Of a DNA stretch of 64,000 nucleotides, positions 12,963-26,468 are shown one piece after another. This DNA comes from Mobula hypostoma. Lineage: Eukaryota. The position numbers were made by a program, and so were the translations under genes. The stretch covers positions 96,908,001 to 96,972,000 of the forward strand of contig NC_086107.1 in NCBI RefSeq assembly GCF_963921235.1, given 5' to 3'. The notes under the pieces are model-generated. The model had not been told where the DNA came from and searched no databases. It worked only from the letters and a program-made list of their open reading frames with translations. The first letter of the stretch is position 1, and each line of letters opens with the position of its first letter.

Positions 12963-13699
12963 GCAAGGGAACTGAAACCCACCCTGTGTTAATGAGAGGA
13001 TATGGAACAGAATTCAGTGTGAAATCCATAATCTAGTAAACATAGGATAGAGTATTGGGACTGAAAGAGGCCATTCAGCCCCTTGACCTTTTTCTACCAT
13101 TTCTTTACATCAGTGCATTATAGTATGCATTATACATTATAATATCTCAAAGCTCTACCTACTGATCAGCAATATTAGACTAAAAAGGTCTATGGGAAAC
13201 ATCACAGGACTAGAATGGAGCAGGCAATAAGTTGACAGAACAGAGCAGCAAAGATTACAATCTGACAGTGTTATTATTTCAGTTTGTAGAGCAATGCTCT
13301 ATCCTGTTCTCAAGAAAACCCACACTTCCATCTTAAAAGCCACATAGATCATTATAATTACTCTCTCCTGTATGTTTCCATTTGAAATAGCTGCAGTAAG
13401 GACAGGTTGTCAGAGGGTGGCAGTGTTGCACTTTGTTCTCTTCTGAGGGTGAGTGCAAGATCAAAGTAAGCGCTGTCCAGCACAGTCTGTTCAATGCCAT
13501 TTAAATGATCTTCAAAAACCCCATAAATCACAAATCATTGATCAAACTGCAACCACATTTGTTTCTTGGTTCTATATAGGGGATGAGCTCTTCCACAGTT
13601 TCCCTACAAAAGTTCAAATACACTCTGTTCATTAATATATCCTGATTTATATGGCTAAATGCATGAAAACTGAGGGCTATGTATAGTTTATCAGTCTTA

Positions 13700-15925
13700 G
13701 TCATAGAACACTACAGAACAGAAACAGGCCTTTTGGCCCATCTGGTCTGTGCCGAACTATTATTCTGCCTATTCCCATTGACTTGAATAGACTATATCCC
13801 TCCCATCCATGAACTTATCCAAACTTCTCTTAAATTTTGAACTTTAACCGGCATACATTATTTTCTGCTGGCCGATCATTCTACACTCTTAACACCCTCT
13901 GAGTGAAGAAATTTCCCCTCATGTTCCTTTTAAGCATTTCACCTTTCACCCTTAACCCATGACCTCTTATAGTCTCATCTAACCCTAGTGGAAAAAGCCT
14001 GCTTACATTTACCCTATCTATATACTCCTTATATTTTGAATAGCTCTATCAAATCTTCCCTAATTTTCCTACGCTCCAGGGAATAAAGTCCAAACCTATT
14101 CAGCCTTTCACTATAACTTGAGCCCTCAATTCCCGACAACATCCTTGTCAATTTTCTCTATACTCTCTTGAACTTACTGATACCTTTCCTGCAGGTAGGC
14201 GACCAGAACTGCACACAATATTCCAAATTAGACCTCACCAACATCTTTTACAACTTCAACATAACATCCCAACCATTGTTTCTCAGTACTTTGATTTATA
14301 GAGAGCAATTTTAAGGCCCTGTTCACCTGCAATGGCACTTCCAAGGAACGGTGGACCTGTACTCCCAACCTCTTTGCAGGCCTACTGACAACCTTCCTCG
14401 CTGTACACTACGCCCCTGTTCTTGGTATCATACACAAATCTGGTGATCCAGTTTACCACATTATCATCCAGATCATTGATATAGATGACAAACATCAAAG
14501 AACCCAGCACCGACTCCTGTGGCATACCACTAGTCACAGGCCTCCATCAGAGAGGCTACCGTCTACTATCACTCTCTGGCTTCTCCCACAAAACCAGTAT
14601 CTAATCCAATTTACTATCTCATCATGAATGCCGAATGATTGAATCCTCTTGACCAACTTCCAATGTGGGACCTTGTCAAAGACTTTGAAGGCAACATCCA
14701 CTTCCTTTCCTTCATCAATTTTTTTAGTAACTTTTTTTGAAAAGCTCTGTAAGATTAGTTAAACACAACCTACCACACACAAAGCCATGTTGACTATCTC
14801 TAATCAGTCCCAAATTCTTATATATTTGGTCCCTTAGAATACCTTCCAATAAACTGCCCACTACTGATGTCAGGCCCACTGGCCTATAATTTGCTGGCTT
14901 TTCTTTAGAGCCTTTCTTAAAGAACTCAACAACATTGGGGCGCCATGGTACATAGCGGTTAGCACAACGCTATTACAGATTGGTATGTCGGAGCTCCGAG
15001 TTCAATTCCAGTGTCCTCTGTAAGCAGGTTTGTATGTTCCTTCCTGTGTGTGCTTGGGTTTCCTCTGGTTGCTCCAGTTTCCTCCCAAGGTCCAAAAGTG
15101 TACCAGTTAGTAGGTTAATTTTTCATTATAAATTGTCCGTTGATTAGGCTTGAGTTAAGCGGTGGGTTGCTGGGTGGTGTGACTCAAAGGACCAGAAGGT
15201 CCTGTTCTGCGCTGTATCTCTAAATAAAAAAATCAAATCAATAAATAAATTATCTATTCTTCAATCTTCTGGCACCTCACCTGTAGCTAAGGATGATTTA
15301 AATACCTCAGCTAGGGCCTCTGTAATTTCTGCATTAATCTCCCTCAAGATCTGTGGGAACACCTTGTCAGGCACTGGGATTTATCCATCCTAATTTGCCT
15401 CAAGACAGGAAACACTTCCTCCTCTGTAATCTGTATAAGGTCCATGACCTCCCTGTTGCTTTGCCTCACTTCTATAGACCCTGTGTCTGTCCCCTGAGTA
15501 AATACAGATGCAAGAAATCCATTTAAGATCTCCCCCATTTATTTCAGCTCCATGCATAGGTTACCGCACTGATCTTCCAGTGGACCAATTTTGCCCCTTG
15601 TTCTTGTCTTGCCCTTAATATATCTGTGGAAGACCTTAGGATTTTTCTACACCTTGACCGCTAGTGCAACCTCATGCCTTCTTTTAGCCCTTCTGATTTC
15701 TCTCTAAAGTGTTCTCTTGCATTTCTTATACTCCTCAAGTACCTCATTTGTCCCTAACTGCTTATGCTTGATGTGCACCTCGTTTTTCCTAACCAGAGCC
15801 TCAATATCTCTCAAAATCGAAGGTTCCCTAAATCTGTTATCCCTGCCTTTTATTCTGACAAGAACATACAAACTCTACTCTCAAATTTTCACTTTTGAAG
15901 GCTCCCACTTACCAGTACACTTCTG
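13700..15925 (-). mobile_element. Decayed CR1 LINE (5'-truncated)
   Basis: CR1 3' tail (tagaacactacagaacagaaacaggccttttggccca). CVQFWSP and FDKVPH remnants. ORF 15344-15538 reads GEILNGFLASVFT. Confidence 0.85.
14937..15250 (+). mobile_element. tRNA-derived SINE inserted in CR1
   Basis: A-box-like tggtacatagcggttagc, B-box-like gagttcaattcc, V-SINE-like body (gggtttcctctggttgctccagtttcctccc) and an (aaat)n tail. Relatives at 15935-16095(-), 41100-41620, 45965-46230 and 59878-60110. Confidence 0.75.
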
Positions 15926-18064
15926 CCCAATTGCACCCGTGGGACCAATTAACCTACTGAGAGAGTGGGAAGAAACCGCAGCCTCCGGAGGAAACCCGCA
16001 CGACAGTGATGAGAGTGTACAATCTCCTCATGGAACTCAGGTCGCTGGCGCTGTGATAGTGTTACGCTAACTGCTACATTGCCGCGCCGCCCACAAGGGA
16101 GGCAGGAAGGGACTGGATGGGATAGAGTCAAGGATAAGCTAGGATGTTCAGTGAGATGAGAACAAACTAAAACAATGGGCCAGTTTCTCTCGGGGCTTCT
16201 TGGAAAAGATCATATTGACTATGCGATGGGGCCAACCCCAGGAGGTGGTGATCACTTCCCTTGTGTCACCCAATAAAGGGGCTGCTTTGTTTGCCGCGAC
16301 TAGGTCTACCTCCGTTCTTGTTTGAAATTCCTCACAATACTGATATCCTTGGAGTGTTCCCACCCTAGACGTAGTTAAATCAGATTGGGAACTTGAGACC
16401 GAGATTCCCCTGCCAGGTTTTTGGACCTTTTCCAGCAATCAATGATAGTTCATGTAGTCATCGCAGTTTGGTTTTGACTGTTACCCTAATTGAAGCAAAT
16501 TCATAGCAGCTTTCCACCTTTGTTGTCCTTGTGGTTTCCTGTTTTGGCTCTGCACTGAGCCCATCTTATGAAACACTGAGCAGTTGCTCTCATTTTACCC
16601 AGTCATTCCAAGATCAGAATCACTATGAGTAAATCTTTCCTCTAGTGGAAATGACCATCCCAGGTCTTACAAGACCATGGACTCAAGCCCTGCTGAGAGT
16701 GGTGCAGTCAACCCAGCGCACTATTCAGGACATTTACAAAGACCGTTGTATAAAAAGGGTCTGAAAGACCATTGGGGACCGAGTCACCCCAACCACAATC
16801 TGATTCATTCACGTTGATAAAATTGTATTTCTATGCCATATTGACTGTCCTGTTGTACATACTATTTATTACAGATTACTATAAATTGCACATTGCACAT
16901 TTAAATGCAGACATAACGTAAAGAGTTTTACTCCTCGTGTATGTGAAGGATGTAAGAAATAAAGTCAATTGAATACATTGACACTGCAGAGTGTACTGAG
17001 AGATCACTGCATCAAAAAGGTGTCACCTTCAGAAGAAATTAGAGGCCCTGTAGGAGTGGTGACAAAAAATGACACGAGTGTAATTACTTCTAAGGTACAC
17101 TTTCTTTAAATCGTCAACAAATGGTGACATTTTATATATACACGAATATAAGGAAAAACCCCACCCCCAAAACTTAATAATGTACAACATAACACGTAAC
17201 TTATAACGACGAACTTAATCCTAAACAGTCTGGGTGAATTCTGTCTAATGAAATTATGGAGTCCCTACACATGCGCCCCCCCCACCCCGCCAGAATTCAC
17301 CCTAGCAGACAAAGTCAAACGAGCAGGGGCCCGCAAAATGGGTCCGAACCTACTCCTGCCTTCACCGGCAGGAAGAACAGGTGTGACCGCGGCATGCCAT
17401 GCTGCGTCGTGGGCACGGAGTGAAAGTTTCGGCGCAGTTCATACAAGGCGCCCGCTGCTGTGAAGCAGACCAGGGGAGCGTGGATGTTGGGAGAAACTCT
17501 CCCGGCACCGGCAGCGGTTGCCCGAAAACGAGCTCTGCAGAAGGGGACTGAAGGTCCCCAGGCCCAACATGACCCACGGCAGTCCGTCCACCCAACAACC
17601 GCCACGGAGGCATGCACGGAGCGCGGCTTTCATTGAACGGTGGAACCGCTCGCACAGACCGTCGGCTTGAGGGTGAGCCGTGGTCCAGTGCCGTTTGACA
17701 CCCGCCCCCCACCTCCCCCATTACGGGCGACCGCACACCAAAGCTTGGGCGTCGCCAAGGCTGATCTCGACGCCGTGGAGCGCTTCGGCATCGTCATGCA
17801 GTGCATGGGCGGGCACCACGTGCCCAAGCCCGCGCACCACGTGCCCAAGCCCGCGCGGCCCACGAGCCAGGGAACGCGCGCGCCGTCTCCGCGCCTGAAA
17901 TGCACGACAGCGGCGCTGCCTCTGGCCAACGTGTGGTCTTATCAGTGAGAGCGAGGAGGTGAGTAAACCCGGGGGACAGGGCCAACCAGACAACCAAACC
18001 CACATTCAGGTGGTCGAAGCGCTGCTCAGGGACTGTGAAAGGAGATAAAAGGAGCCTTGGCGTG

Positions 18065-18873
18065 TGTCATGTACCCCGTGACGGGTTAAAGAACCAGCAG
18101 AAATGGAAAACACCTTGGCGTCTGGTATTGCTGTTAACTAAGGCTCGTTTATTAGTAACGACGCAATACAGTAATATAAATTCAGATGTATCAAACGGGT
18201 TAGCAATGATTATACATATAAGTGTGGAAATATAAAAGCAAGCTTCTTCAAGTAAATGGATACTGTCTTACGGTGATGGGTAAATGAAATCAGTTCAGTT
18301 TGTGGTATTGAGTTGAGTAGTGATGGACAGAGAGAGGTGTTGTGGTTGTCTGAGTAAGCCGATGCCGTCGATTCTTCCCGTTGTCCTCCGAAACTTCCAA
18401 GTTAGCCAAACTTGACCAACTTAAGAGCACCGTCTTCAAGTGATAGTCTACCAACCCAGGCAAAGGTTAGACATACTGATTAGACTCCACAGGGTCGCTC
18501 TTTCACACACTAATAATCACAGATCAATACCTTGTTATTGATCCTCAGTCCCACACTCATGGGCACCTGAAAAGGATAGTGGTAACTTCACCACACCCTA
18601 GTGCGTCTGCGTGTCCTGTGAAACAGGCAATTACGCTGGTTTAAATGCTGTTGTACTGAACACCACCTGTCCATCAAGTAGCTCCTCCCTTCTCTCTCTG
18701 TAGGAACTCAGAAGCTGGCAGTGACCTTGCAGAAATCCCAAACAAACTGTGAGCAGTCTTCACCCTCTCTCTCTCTCTGTAACAAGTTGTTTGTGCTGTA
18801 CAGCTGCGCGCTCTCTCTCTCTTTTTAAAAGCACAGTCCCTAATGAATAAGTCAGGATATTGTCATTGTCACA
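18065..18873 (-). mobile_element. Solo LTR inserted in the Gypsy integrase
   Basis: TG..CA ends (tgtcatgtacc...cattgtcaca). TSD CGTG/CATG differs by one CpG-type change. AATAAA on the - strand near 18150. The integrase frame rejoins across it (AKVY*H|AKAP). Confidence 0.85.
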
Positions 18874-19193
18874 CATGTCAATACACCTTGGCATGTTGAC
18901 ACGCCAAACAAGCACTGGCCCAGTCCCTGACATCCTTCTTAAGCCCATGCCATACAAACTTCTCTGTTACCAGCTTCTGTGAGGCCCTCCAGCCCGGGTG
19001 AGAAAGCCTGCGGACCACAATGAAAATGCGCTGCTGCCAGCTCACTGGCACAACCAGCCTTGGTCGCCCCGTTGACGCATCACACAGTAGTGAAACGCCG
19101 CTGTCACAGAAAGCAACGTCCACCAATTTCAACCCTTCGTCAGCTGAACGCAGCGCCTACACACTCAGGCCCGAAATCTGGTCTGCTGCCATC

Positions 19194-20737
19194 TGTCACA
19201 ATGACGGGGGCTTTGGGAGCAAGGGTGGACCCAAATGCAAGACACATCTTGTGAGGTTACTTAAATTTAGTTTATTGTTCGAAACCAGGAGAGCAAGGCA
19301 GGAGTAGGAATAGTGAACTGGACAAGGACTGAGGACTATGACTAGGCTGGAACGAAGGGTCTGGGCTTGGACTCGGAATTGGCTCCCAGAACTAGAGGAG
19401 ACATGAAGAGGCTAGGGTATGGACTCCAAGCCCAAGACTGGGCAAGGACCCAGTACCTGGGTCTTGCCTCGGGCTCGGACCCCAGAACCAGGCATGGACA
19501 TGACATGGGCTAGGGAGAGGAGGAACATGGGAACACAGAGCCTCGGTCTCAGGAGAACAGGTACATGGAACCATGGACACATACACAGAACACAGAGTCG
19601 GGACCCCTCCTTGGGTACAGGACATAGGGCTGGGACTCGCACACAGAACAGAGAGCCGGGACCCCTCCTTGGGTACAGGACATAGGGCCGGGACTCATGA
19701 CCCTCCGTGGGGCAACGGCAAGACGGCCTGACTTACCCCACGCAGGTGAGGACAAGACACGACAAGACATGAGCCCCCGCGGGGCAATGGCAAGTCAGCC
19801 TGACTTACCCCACGGAGGCAAGGACAAGACAAGACAAGGCACAACTCTCCGTGGGGCAACGGCAAAATGGCCTGACTTATCCCAAGGAGGCGAGGACGAG
19901 ACAAGACAAGACCATCATGAATGAACACCAGACAGTACCTATCTAGCTCCGGTGATGGAACTAGACCGAAGTGCAGGCGGGGGCTGCAGATGAGGGCTAG
20001 AGGTGAGAGGGGCAGAGGAGGGATTCAGATAAGGGGGTAGGACAGGAATCACAGACCGCCAGGGCCAGGACTAGACTCAGAACTGGAAGCCGCCAGGGCC
20101 AGGACTTGACATGGTACTTGAACGCCGCCAGGGCCAGGACTTGACATGGTACTTGAACGCCGCCAGGGCATGGACATGAACGTGGTACTTGAATGCTGCC
20201 GGAGCCAGGACATGGACATGGTACTTGGATGCCGCTGGAGCTGGGACGTGGACATGGTACTTGGATGCCGCTGGAGCTGGGACGTGGACATGGTACTTGG
20301 ATGCCGCCGGAGCCAGGACGTGGTGCTTGGGACCTCCGGGTAGTGCCGAGCTTTCGACTCGGCCCGGGAACAGTAGACAGCGGCTCTTGATTCTCTCCGG
20401 CGGGTTAACTGACGGACCCACCTCGATGAGGAAACTTTGCAGGCTCGCTTCAGCGAAATAACTGGACAGGGTTGCTTCGGTGAGGAAAGGCGAATTACCG
20501 GCACTCGCTTTGGGCAGAGACAAGGCTTGCTCCGGCCAGATGACATTGGCATGCCGTGACTTTGCAGACGCTCCCGCGCCGAATGGCTGAAAGCCAGAGA
20601 CTATAACTACCGGTTCAGCCAAGCGTTAATTGCCTGTAATCACCGAAGTCAAGGGACACGGGAAAACAGGGAATCAACGGTCCGGATCGTAACATAAACA
20701 AGCTAAATTTAAAGGGATCCCGATCCGGACCATGACA
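19194..20737 (-). mobile_element. 1.5-kb LTR-like insertion with internal minisatellites
   Basis: TG..CA ends with a perfect 5-bp TSD CCATC (19189-19193 and 20738-20742). Host pol rejoins as MDYTQM|AADQ. Tandem arrays at ~19585-19690, 19700-19910 and 20055-20330. Confidence 0.85.
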
Positions 20738-23114
20738 CCATCTGAGTGTAGTCCATGCCCAAAGGAACAGCACCAAGGAAGGACCAGGAAAGGCAGTCAG
20801 CCACGAGATTACGCTTCCCCGCGACATCCTGGATGTTCATGGTGAACTCTGAAATAAAAGAAAGATGGCGCTGCTGTCGAGCAAACCAAAGTTCAGAGAC
20901 CTTAGCCATGACGAATGTTAGGGACTTTATGAGCCACAAAAACCATAAATGGACAGTCCTCTAGGAAAATATGAAAATGCCGTACTGACAAGTACAAGCC
21001 AAGAAGCTCACAATCAAAATGCTGTACTTGTGCTCGCAGGGAAGAAGCTGATGGTTAAAAAAAGGCGAGAGGCTGTCAAACGCCAAGAACCAACTTGCTC
21101 GTACACTGCGCCGACCACGCAATCAGACTCGTCTGTGGTGAGAGTGATCGGCGTGTCTGGGAGGGTGTGCATCAGCAACGTCGCATTAGGTAATGCCTGC
21201 TGAGTGTCCGGGAACACCTTGGACCTTCCCTCCGTCCAGTCTATGGTGCGCTCAGCCGCTTTGCCCCCAAGGGCCTCGTAGAGGGGGCACCTGAGCTGAG
21301 CCACTTTGGGGACAAAACGGTGATAAACGTTGACCATGCCCAAAAACTCCTGCAGGGCCTGAACAGTGACTGGCCAAGGGAAGTGCTTAACGGCCTCAAC
21401 TTTAGCTGGCAGTGGAATTGCCCCTGCTGCATTGACACGGTGTCCAAAGAAATCGACCACAGATAGTCCAAACTGGTACTTGACCGGGTTGACGATAAGA
21501 CGTACTGACTAAGGCATTCAAAAAGGGTTCTAGAAGAACTGGCTACCTAAGTGTCCTTTAGGTAAGCAAACAGGAATGGCACATCCCTGAGAACGCTGTC
21601 CATGAGGTGCTGAAAGGTCTGGGCTGCGTTCTTCAGCCCGAATGGCATTTGAAGGAACTCAAACAAACCAAACGGTGTAATAACAGCGGTTTTAGGGCTG
21701 TCACTTGGTGATAATTGCGAATGAGGTCCACCTTTGAGAAAACAATTTTCCCTGCCAGACGGGCAGAGAAATTCTGGATGTGCGGGATCGGGTATCGGTC
21801 AGGGATTGTGACGTCGTTGGGGCAGTGGTAATCAACACGTGGACGCCTTCCACCCCCGTGGTTTTTGCATGACGTGGAGAAGGGAAGCCCATGGACTGCG
21901 GGACTGCCTGATGAAGCCCAGGCTCCCCATGGCATCAAACTCAGCCCTGGTGATGGCTAGCTTCTCTGGGTCGAGGCGCCTGGTGGAGGCGTGAACGTGT
22001 GGGCCAGTGGTGAGGAAGTGGTGCCCCACCCAGTGGCGGAGGAAGTTGTCGGAGGCAGAAAGAGCGCTGGATAACTTTGAAGTGCCAGTAGAGCTGAGTG
22101 TGCCGGAGAGGGAGTAGAAAGTCTCTGCGTTGACGAGGAGCCGGTTCTGGATATCAGCGAGAAGGCTGTTGGTGCAGAGGAAGTCGGCTCCCAACACCAA
22201 ATTCCGGCGGATCTTCTGCCTGCCGAAGGACAATGCCATCTCACGCTTACCAAAAGTCCGGATGACACTGCTGTTCACGGCTTCGAGAGATGGTCCATAT
22301 TTCCCAGTCCATATGTCCAATTTAGACGCGGGCAGGATTCTCACCTGAGCACCCAAATCACGGAGAAAATGGCGCCAGGAAACAGAGTCTGTAATGAACA
22401 ACAAACTGCCTGACCTGCCGAAGCCCATAGCAGATCCAGTTTCCTGACTCCTTGAACCCGCAGGGTGGGCGCCACTTCTTATCTGTCGGCCCAAATCTTG
22501 TGTGTGGTAAAAACACAGGGTAGGAGCCCATCGTTGAGCCACGGCGATTGTCTCATGTTCAGGTGGTGGCGAGGCGGCGAAGTTGTCCAGCCACAAGGTC
22601 ACACAGGGCTTCTTAGTGACGGACAACAGCTTGTTAGCCTCTCTCCCTGGAGCCCGGAGGTCTCTGAGGGGCCAGTCAGAGCCAATTGCACCTTGCCTGG
22701 TAGCTGCTTCAGGGAAAAGCTCTCTGAAGATGAAACACGGCTGATGTCCGCCCAGGAGGGACAACATGTGGTCCATCAACTCCGACGACTTAAGAGTCGC
22801 CCAGGCTGGGCAGTGAGAAGAGCTGACGGCTGCACTCAGATTCAGAAAGTTCAAAAGTCTCTGGAAGGAGTTGCTTAAGAGGCCCATACCTGCCGACTTC
22901 TGGGGGGGAGGGGGCAGGACACTCATCACCCTAGTCGTTGTAGAGCTGTCTAATGCTGCAACAGCATAGTAATGTTTCGTGTCACCTTGAGAGACTCCCC
23001 ACACTGCGACCTAGGCGAACCAAATGGCGGCATGTTCCTGCCAGAATTCAGGGAGCTTGAGACCAATGGCGTTTGCAGTCATGGTTGTTTATTCCCACCG
23101 CCAACAAATGGCGA

Positions 23115-23146
<32 letters not shown>

Positions 23147-23424
23147 AAAAAAACCTACATCCAAAACATCATAATGTACAACGTAACACCTAACATACAC
23201 GGCAAACTTAACCCTTAACAGTCTGGATGAATTCTGCCTAATGAAATTAAGGAGTCCCTACAGCCCCGACAAAAGGAGGTTGACATAACAATTCTCGCAG
23301 TGCTGCATGTTTCAGGCCGATGACCCCTCACCCTCTCCTCACCAATACTTAGCCCTCAACCAGTTGTGGTAAAGCAGGTAATCTGGTGCATGGGAGGCTA
23401 TTGATCAGAGATTAGACTATAAAC

Positions 23425-23637
23425 CTTAAGACCGTAAGATATAGGAGCAGAATTAGGCCATTCAACCCATTGAGTCTGTTCTGCTTTCATTATGGCTGAT
23501 CCAGTTCCCTCTCCGCCTCAGTCTCCCGCCTTTTCCCTGTATCCCCTCACGCCCTGACTAATTGCGAACCTATCAACCTCTGCCTTAAATATGACTTGGC
23601 CTCCACAGCTGCCAGTGACAGTACATTCCACAGATTC
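23425..23637 (-). mobile_element. CR1 3' end
   Basis: taagatataggagcagaattaggccattc tail, the reverse complement of the tail of 36455-37050. Confidence 0.75.
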
Positions 23638-24059
23638 AATTCAATTCAATTCACTTTATTTTCCGTGAGGAACTTCATTTGTTCAGTGGTAAGTGCTTAA
23701 GATACACATCACCACACTACATATATAAAATACATATATAAAACACAATATAAAATACTCACAATAGATAATAAATACTGAGAATTAATGCATGTGTTTT
23801 AAAATACAAATACGAATAATAAACTGACTTTTTACTGTCAAAGGTGCTATGCCTACTACATATTCAAAATTGGGCGTTTTCTGTTTTCCGGTAATGTAGT
23901 GGCGTGCTTGGTCGCAGTGGCTTCTCCATGTCTGACAAATGGAGCAAATGTTTGTTTCAAAAAATTTTTCAAGACCCTGTTGGATATTGGTAATACACAA
24001 TACTGCAAGTATGGTTCATTGCCTCATTGGCAAGACCATGTGATCTCAGTTGTTAACCC

Positions 24060-24490
24060 TCAGGCCGCGGCGTCGTCTTTTACAGCCACCCATGGGAGAA
24101 GGCGTCAGAGGCGCGGTGAGTGCGCTGGGTTGTAGGCTGGCTCCTGCAGGCCAGCACTCCTGCTGCTGCTGCTCTCCAGTGTTCGCTCCCTGGGAGACAA
24201 GCAGGATTGCCTTAATCTGGGGCTGACCCAGAGTAAGATGAGGAACTGTTGCGTCCTTGTCCTTGCAGAAAATTGGCTCCAGGACAACATCCCATGCACC
24301 ATCAACCTTCCGACCATGCTACTCAGGGACTTGTGCTAATATTGTTTTGTGACTGTCTGTGCTGGACTGTAACAATATGTGCTGTGTGTAATGATATTTA
24401 CTGTGTTTGCTCCTTGGCCTTGGAAGAATGTTGTTTTGTTTAGCTGTATACATGTATATGGTTGAATGACAACTACACGAACTGAATTTG
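24060..24490 (+). mobile_element. Internally deleted Rex1/Babar-type LINE (endonuclease start joined to 3' UTR)
   Basis: Reads GRRRQRRGECAGL..LLLSSVRSLGDK..MRNCCVLVLAENWLQDNIP, an APE N-terminus, followed by a UTR-like tail. Confidence 0.6.
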
Positions 24491-24932
24491 AAGGGACATG
24501 AGCATGATCAAAATTTTAATTGGCTCGACACAACATTGTGGGCTGAAGGGTCTGTTCTTGTGCTGTACTTTTTTATCTTCAATGTTCTCAAGACTGAGCG
24601 GAGAGAAGCAATTGGAAATGATATCAAACTTGGCTTTAAAATACAGAAAATGCTGGAATCACTCAGCAGGTCAGGCAGCAGCTGTGGTAAGATAAATTGG
24701 AGATCCTTCATCGGAACAACTACTTCTCTTTCCACAGGTGCTGCCCGACTTGCTGTGTTTTTAGCATTTTCTGTTTTTATTTTAGATTTCCAGCATTTGC
24801 AGTTTTTTTCTTGATCTTCATTTGGTTTTTAAAAAGCCTGGAATCTTTTTGAAGCCCTCCTTTGCCATCCTAATACATGTTACAGTCCATAGAAAGATGT
24901 TTATAATTATGTTTAGCTTAACCTCTGTTGAA

Positions 24933-25275
24933 ATCATCATCATCATGTGCCGTGTTGTATGACGTGGGTGATCGCAGTCTTTCCATGACCATGATTGCTT
25001 CTTCTACAGAAGTGACTTTCTTCTGGGCAGTGCCTTTACAAGATGGGTGACCCTCAGCCATTATCAATACTCCTCAGAGATTGCCTGCCTGGCATCAGTG
25101 ACCACATAACCAGGACTTGTGATATGCACCAGCTGCTCGTATGACCATTCACTACCTGCTCCCACGGCTTCACGTGACCCTGATCGGGGGCGAACCAGGT
25201 GCTACACCTTGCCCAAGGGTGACCTGCAGGCTAGCAGAGGGAAGGAATGCCTTACACCTCCTTTGGTAGAGATCC
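24933..25275 (-). mobile_element. SINE-like repeat with (ATG)n tail
   Basis: Second copy at ~61977-62350 (ttctgggcagtgcctttacaagatgggt, ccttacacctcctttggtagaga). Confidence 0.7.
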
Positions 25276-25469
25276 ATTCTGTTAAAATATGGGAATCTAA
25301 ACAGGAGTTTCATTATAGCATGCATAATATACATATTAGTGAGCAGATATGATATGTTAAGGCATTAGTTGGACAATAAATATTGGCTAGAACAAAGAGA
25401 GCAGTTTCCCAGAACCTGGTTGTGCTGTTCTTTGAGAGAAGATAGAAAAGTATACTGAGAGACCAGTAA

Positions 25470-26468
25470 CACTGGACAACAAATTTTTTCAAAAGTGTTG
25501 CTTCCTCAGAATTTTTTTTGTTTATGATAGACTGCTTGAAGATGAACACAAATATAATTTCAGACTACTTGTATCACGTAGGAATTTGGAGAAACAACAA
25601 ATTAACTTTTATTGAATATAATGTGTTTAATTGCATAATGGTGCTGATGCTTTGCAATAGTTCAACTAAGTTAAAAATATTTTGTTAATGATTTTCATTT
25701 GTACTCAGTGTCTGAGGCTTCTCGCTTAAGTGTCCCAACAATAATTCGCCAGCATTGATGGATTCCAGTTGCCCTGGTATCTTTTCTCCATGACTGCAAT
25801 GTCCTGGTGAAACCTTTCACCATGCTCATTACTAATAGCACCAAGATTTGCAGGGAAGAAGTCTAAATGGGAATGCAGAAAATGAGTCTTTAGTGGCATG
25901 TTGCATTTCATGGTTTTATTTGCTTGAAGCATGCTTTCAACCAGCTGCATGTAGTTTGGTGCTCTGTAGATGCCGAGAAAAATTTCAGCAATTTCCTTGA
26001 ATGTGATTTTCTCCGGTCCCACTAGAAATTCTTCAAATTGCCTGTCATTGATTACCTGTTTGATTTATGGACCAACAAAAATGCTTTTCTTAATCTTGGC
26101 ACCAGTTACTCTGGGAAACATCTGTCTCAAATATCAAAATCCTTAATAGAAATTTTTGTGCCTGGTGATAGCAAATTCCATCCTTACAGTCCTAAACCCA
26201 ATAATTATTATGAAAATCTGTCCTGCCATGCAGCAACTGCGCCACCTAAGCGTGCCCAAGCATGCCTGGACAAGATAGAAAATTTTCCAGTTTACATTGT
26301 AGGCAACATTTTAATTGACTTGAATTATGAATTGAAATAATAAACATAAGAGATTTCAAAAAATGGTGCGAGATAGGGAAATTTCATAGTGATTTTCATG
26401 ATCAGTAGCCCAAAATTCACAAGATACACCTAAAGGTATTCAGGAAGCAAAATCTTTGTTGTCCAGTG
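25470..26468 (-). mobile_element. Chapaev3-type (CMC) DNA transposon, internally deleted
   Basis: TIRs CACTGGACAACAAA at both ends with a 3-bp TSD TAA on both sides. ORF 25726-26022 reads LKTHFLHSHLDFFPANLGAISNEHGERFHQDIAVMEKRYQG..MLANYCW, the transposase C-terminus. Confidence 0.85.

Larger units (their letters stand above)
17049..23262 (-). mobile_element. Degenerate full-length Gypsy LTR retrotransposon with short LTRs and two nested insertions
   Basis: LTRs at 17049-17269 and ~23085-23262 both end ..gagtccctaca. TSD GCCC at 17045-17048 and 23263-23266. PPT is adjacent at ~17275-17291. Gag MTANAIGLKLPEFWQE; protease FLRDLGAQV; RT DRYPIPHIQ..FSKVDL; RNase H; integrase WHGLKKDVRDWASACLACQ and DKTTRWPEAAPL. 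Confidence 0.92.

Noticed and set aside
17248..18005. GC/CpG-rich block with many overlapping ORFs, resembling a CpG-island promoter
   Set aside because: It is the integrase and 3' region of the Gypsy element.
20055..20330. 36-bp repeats resembling a CRISPR array
   Set aside because: The units are directly tandem with no unique spacers, there are no cas genes, and the context is a vertebrate LTR.
21832..23004. 390-aa ORF as a functional gene
   Set aside because: It drifts between Gypsy gag, protease and RT frames with deletions and a damaged protease motif, so it is a decayed TE.
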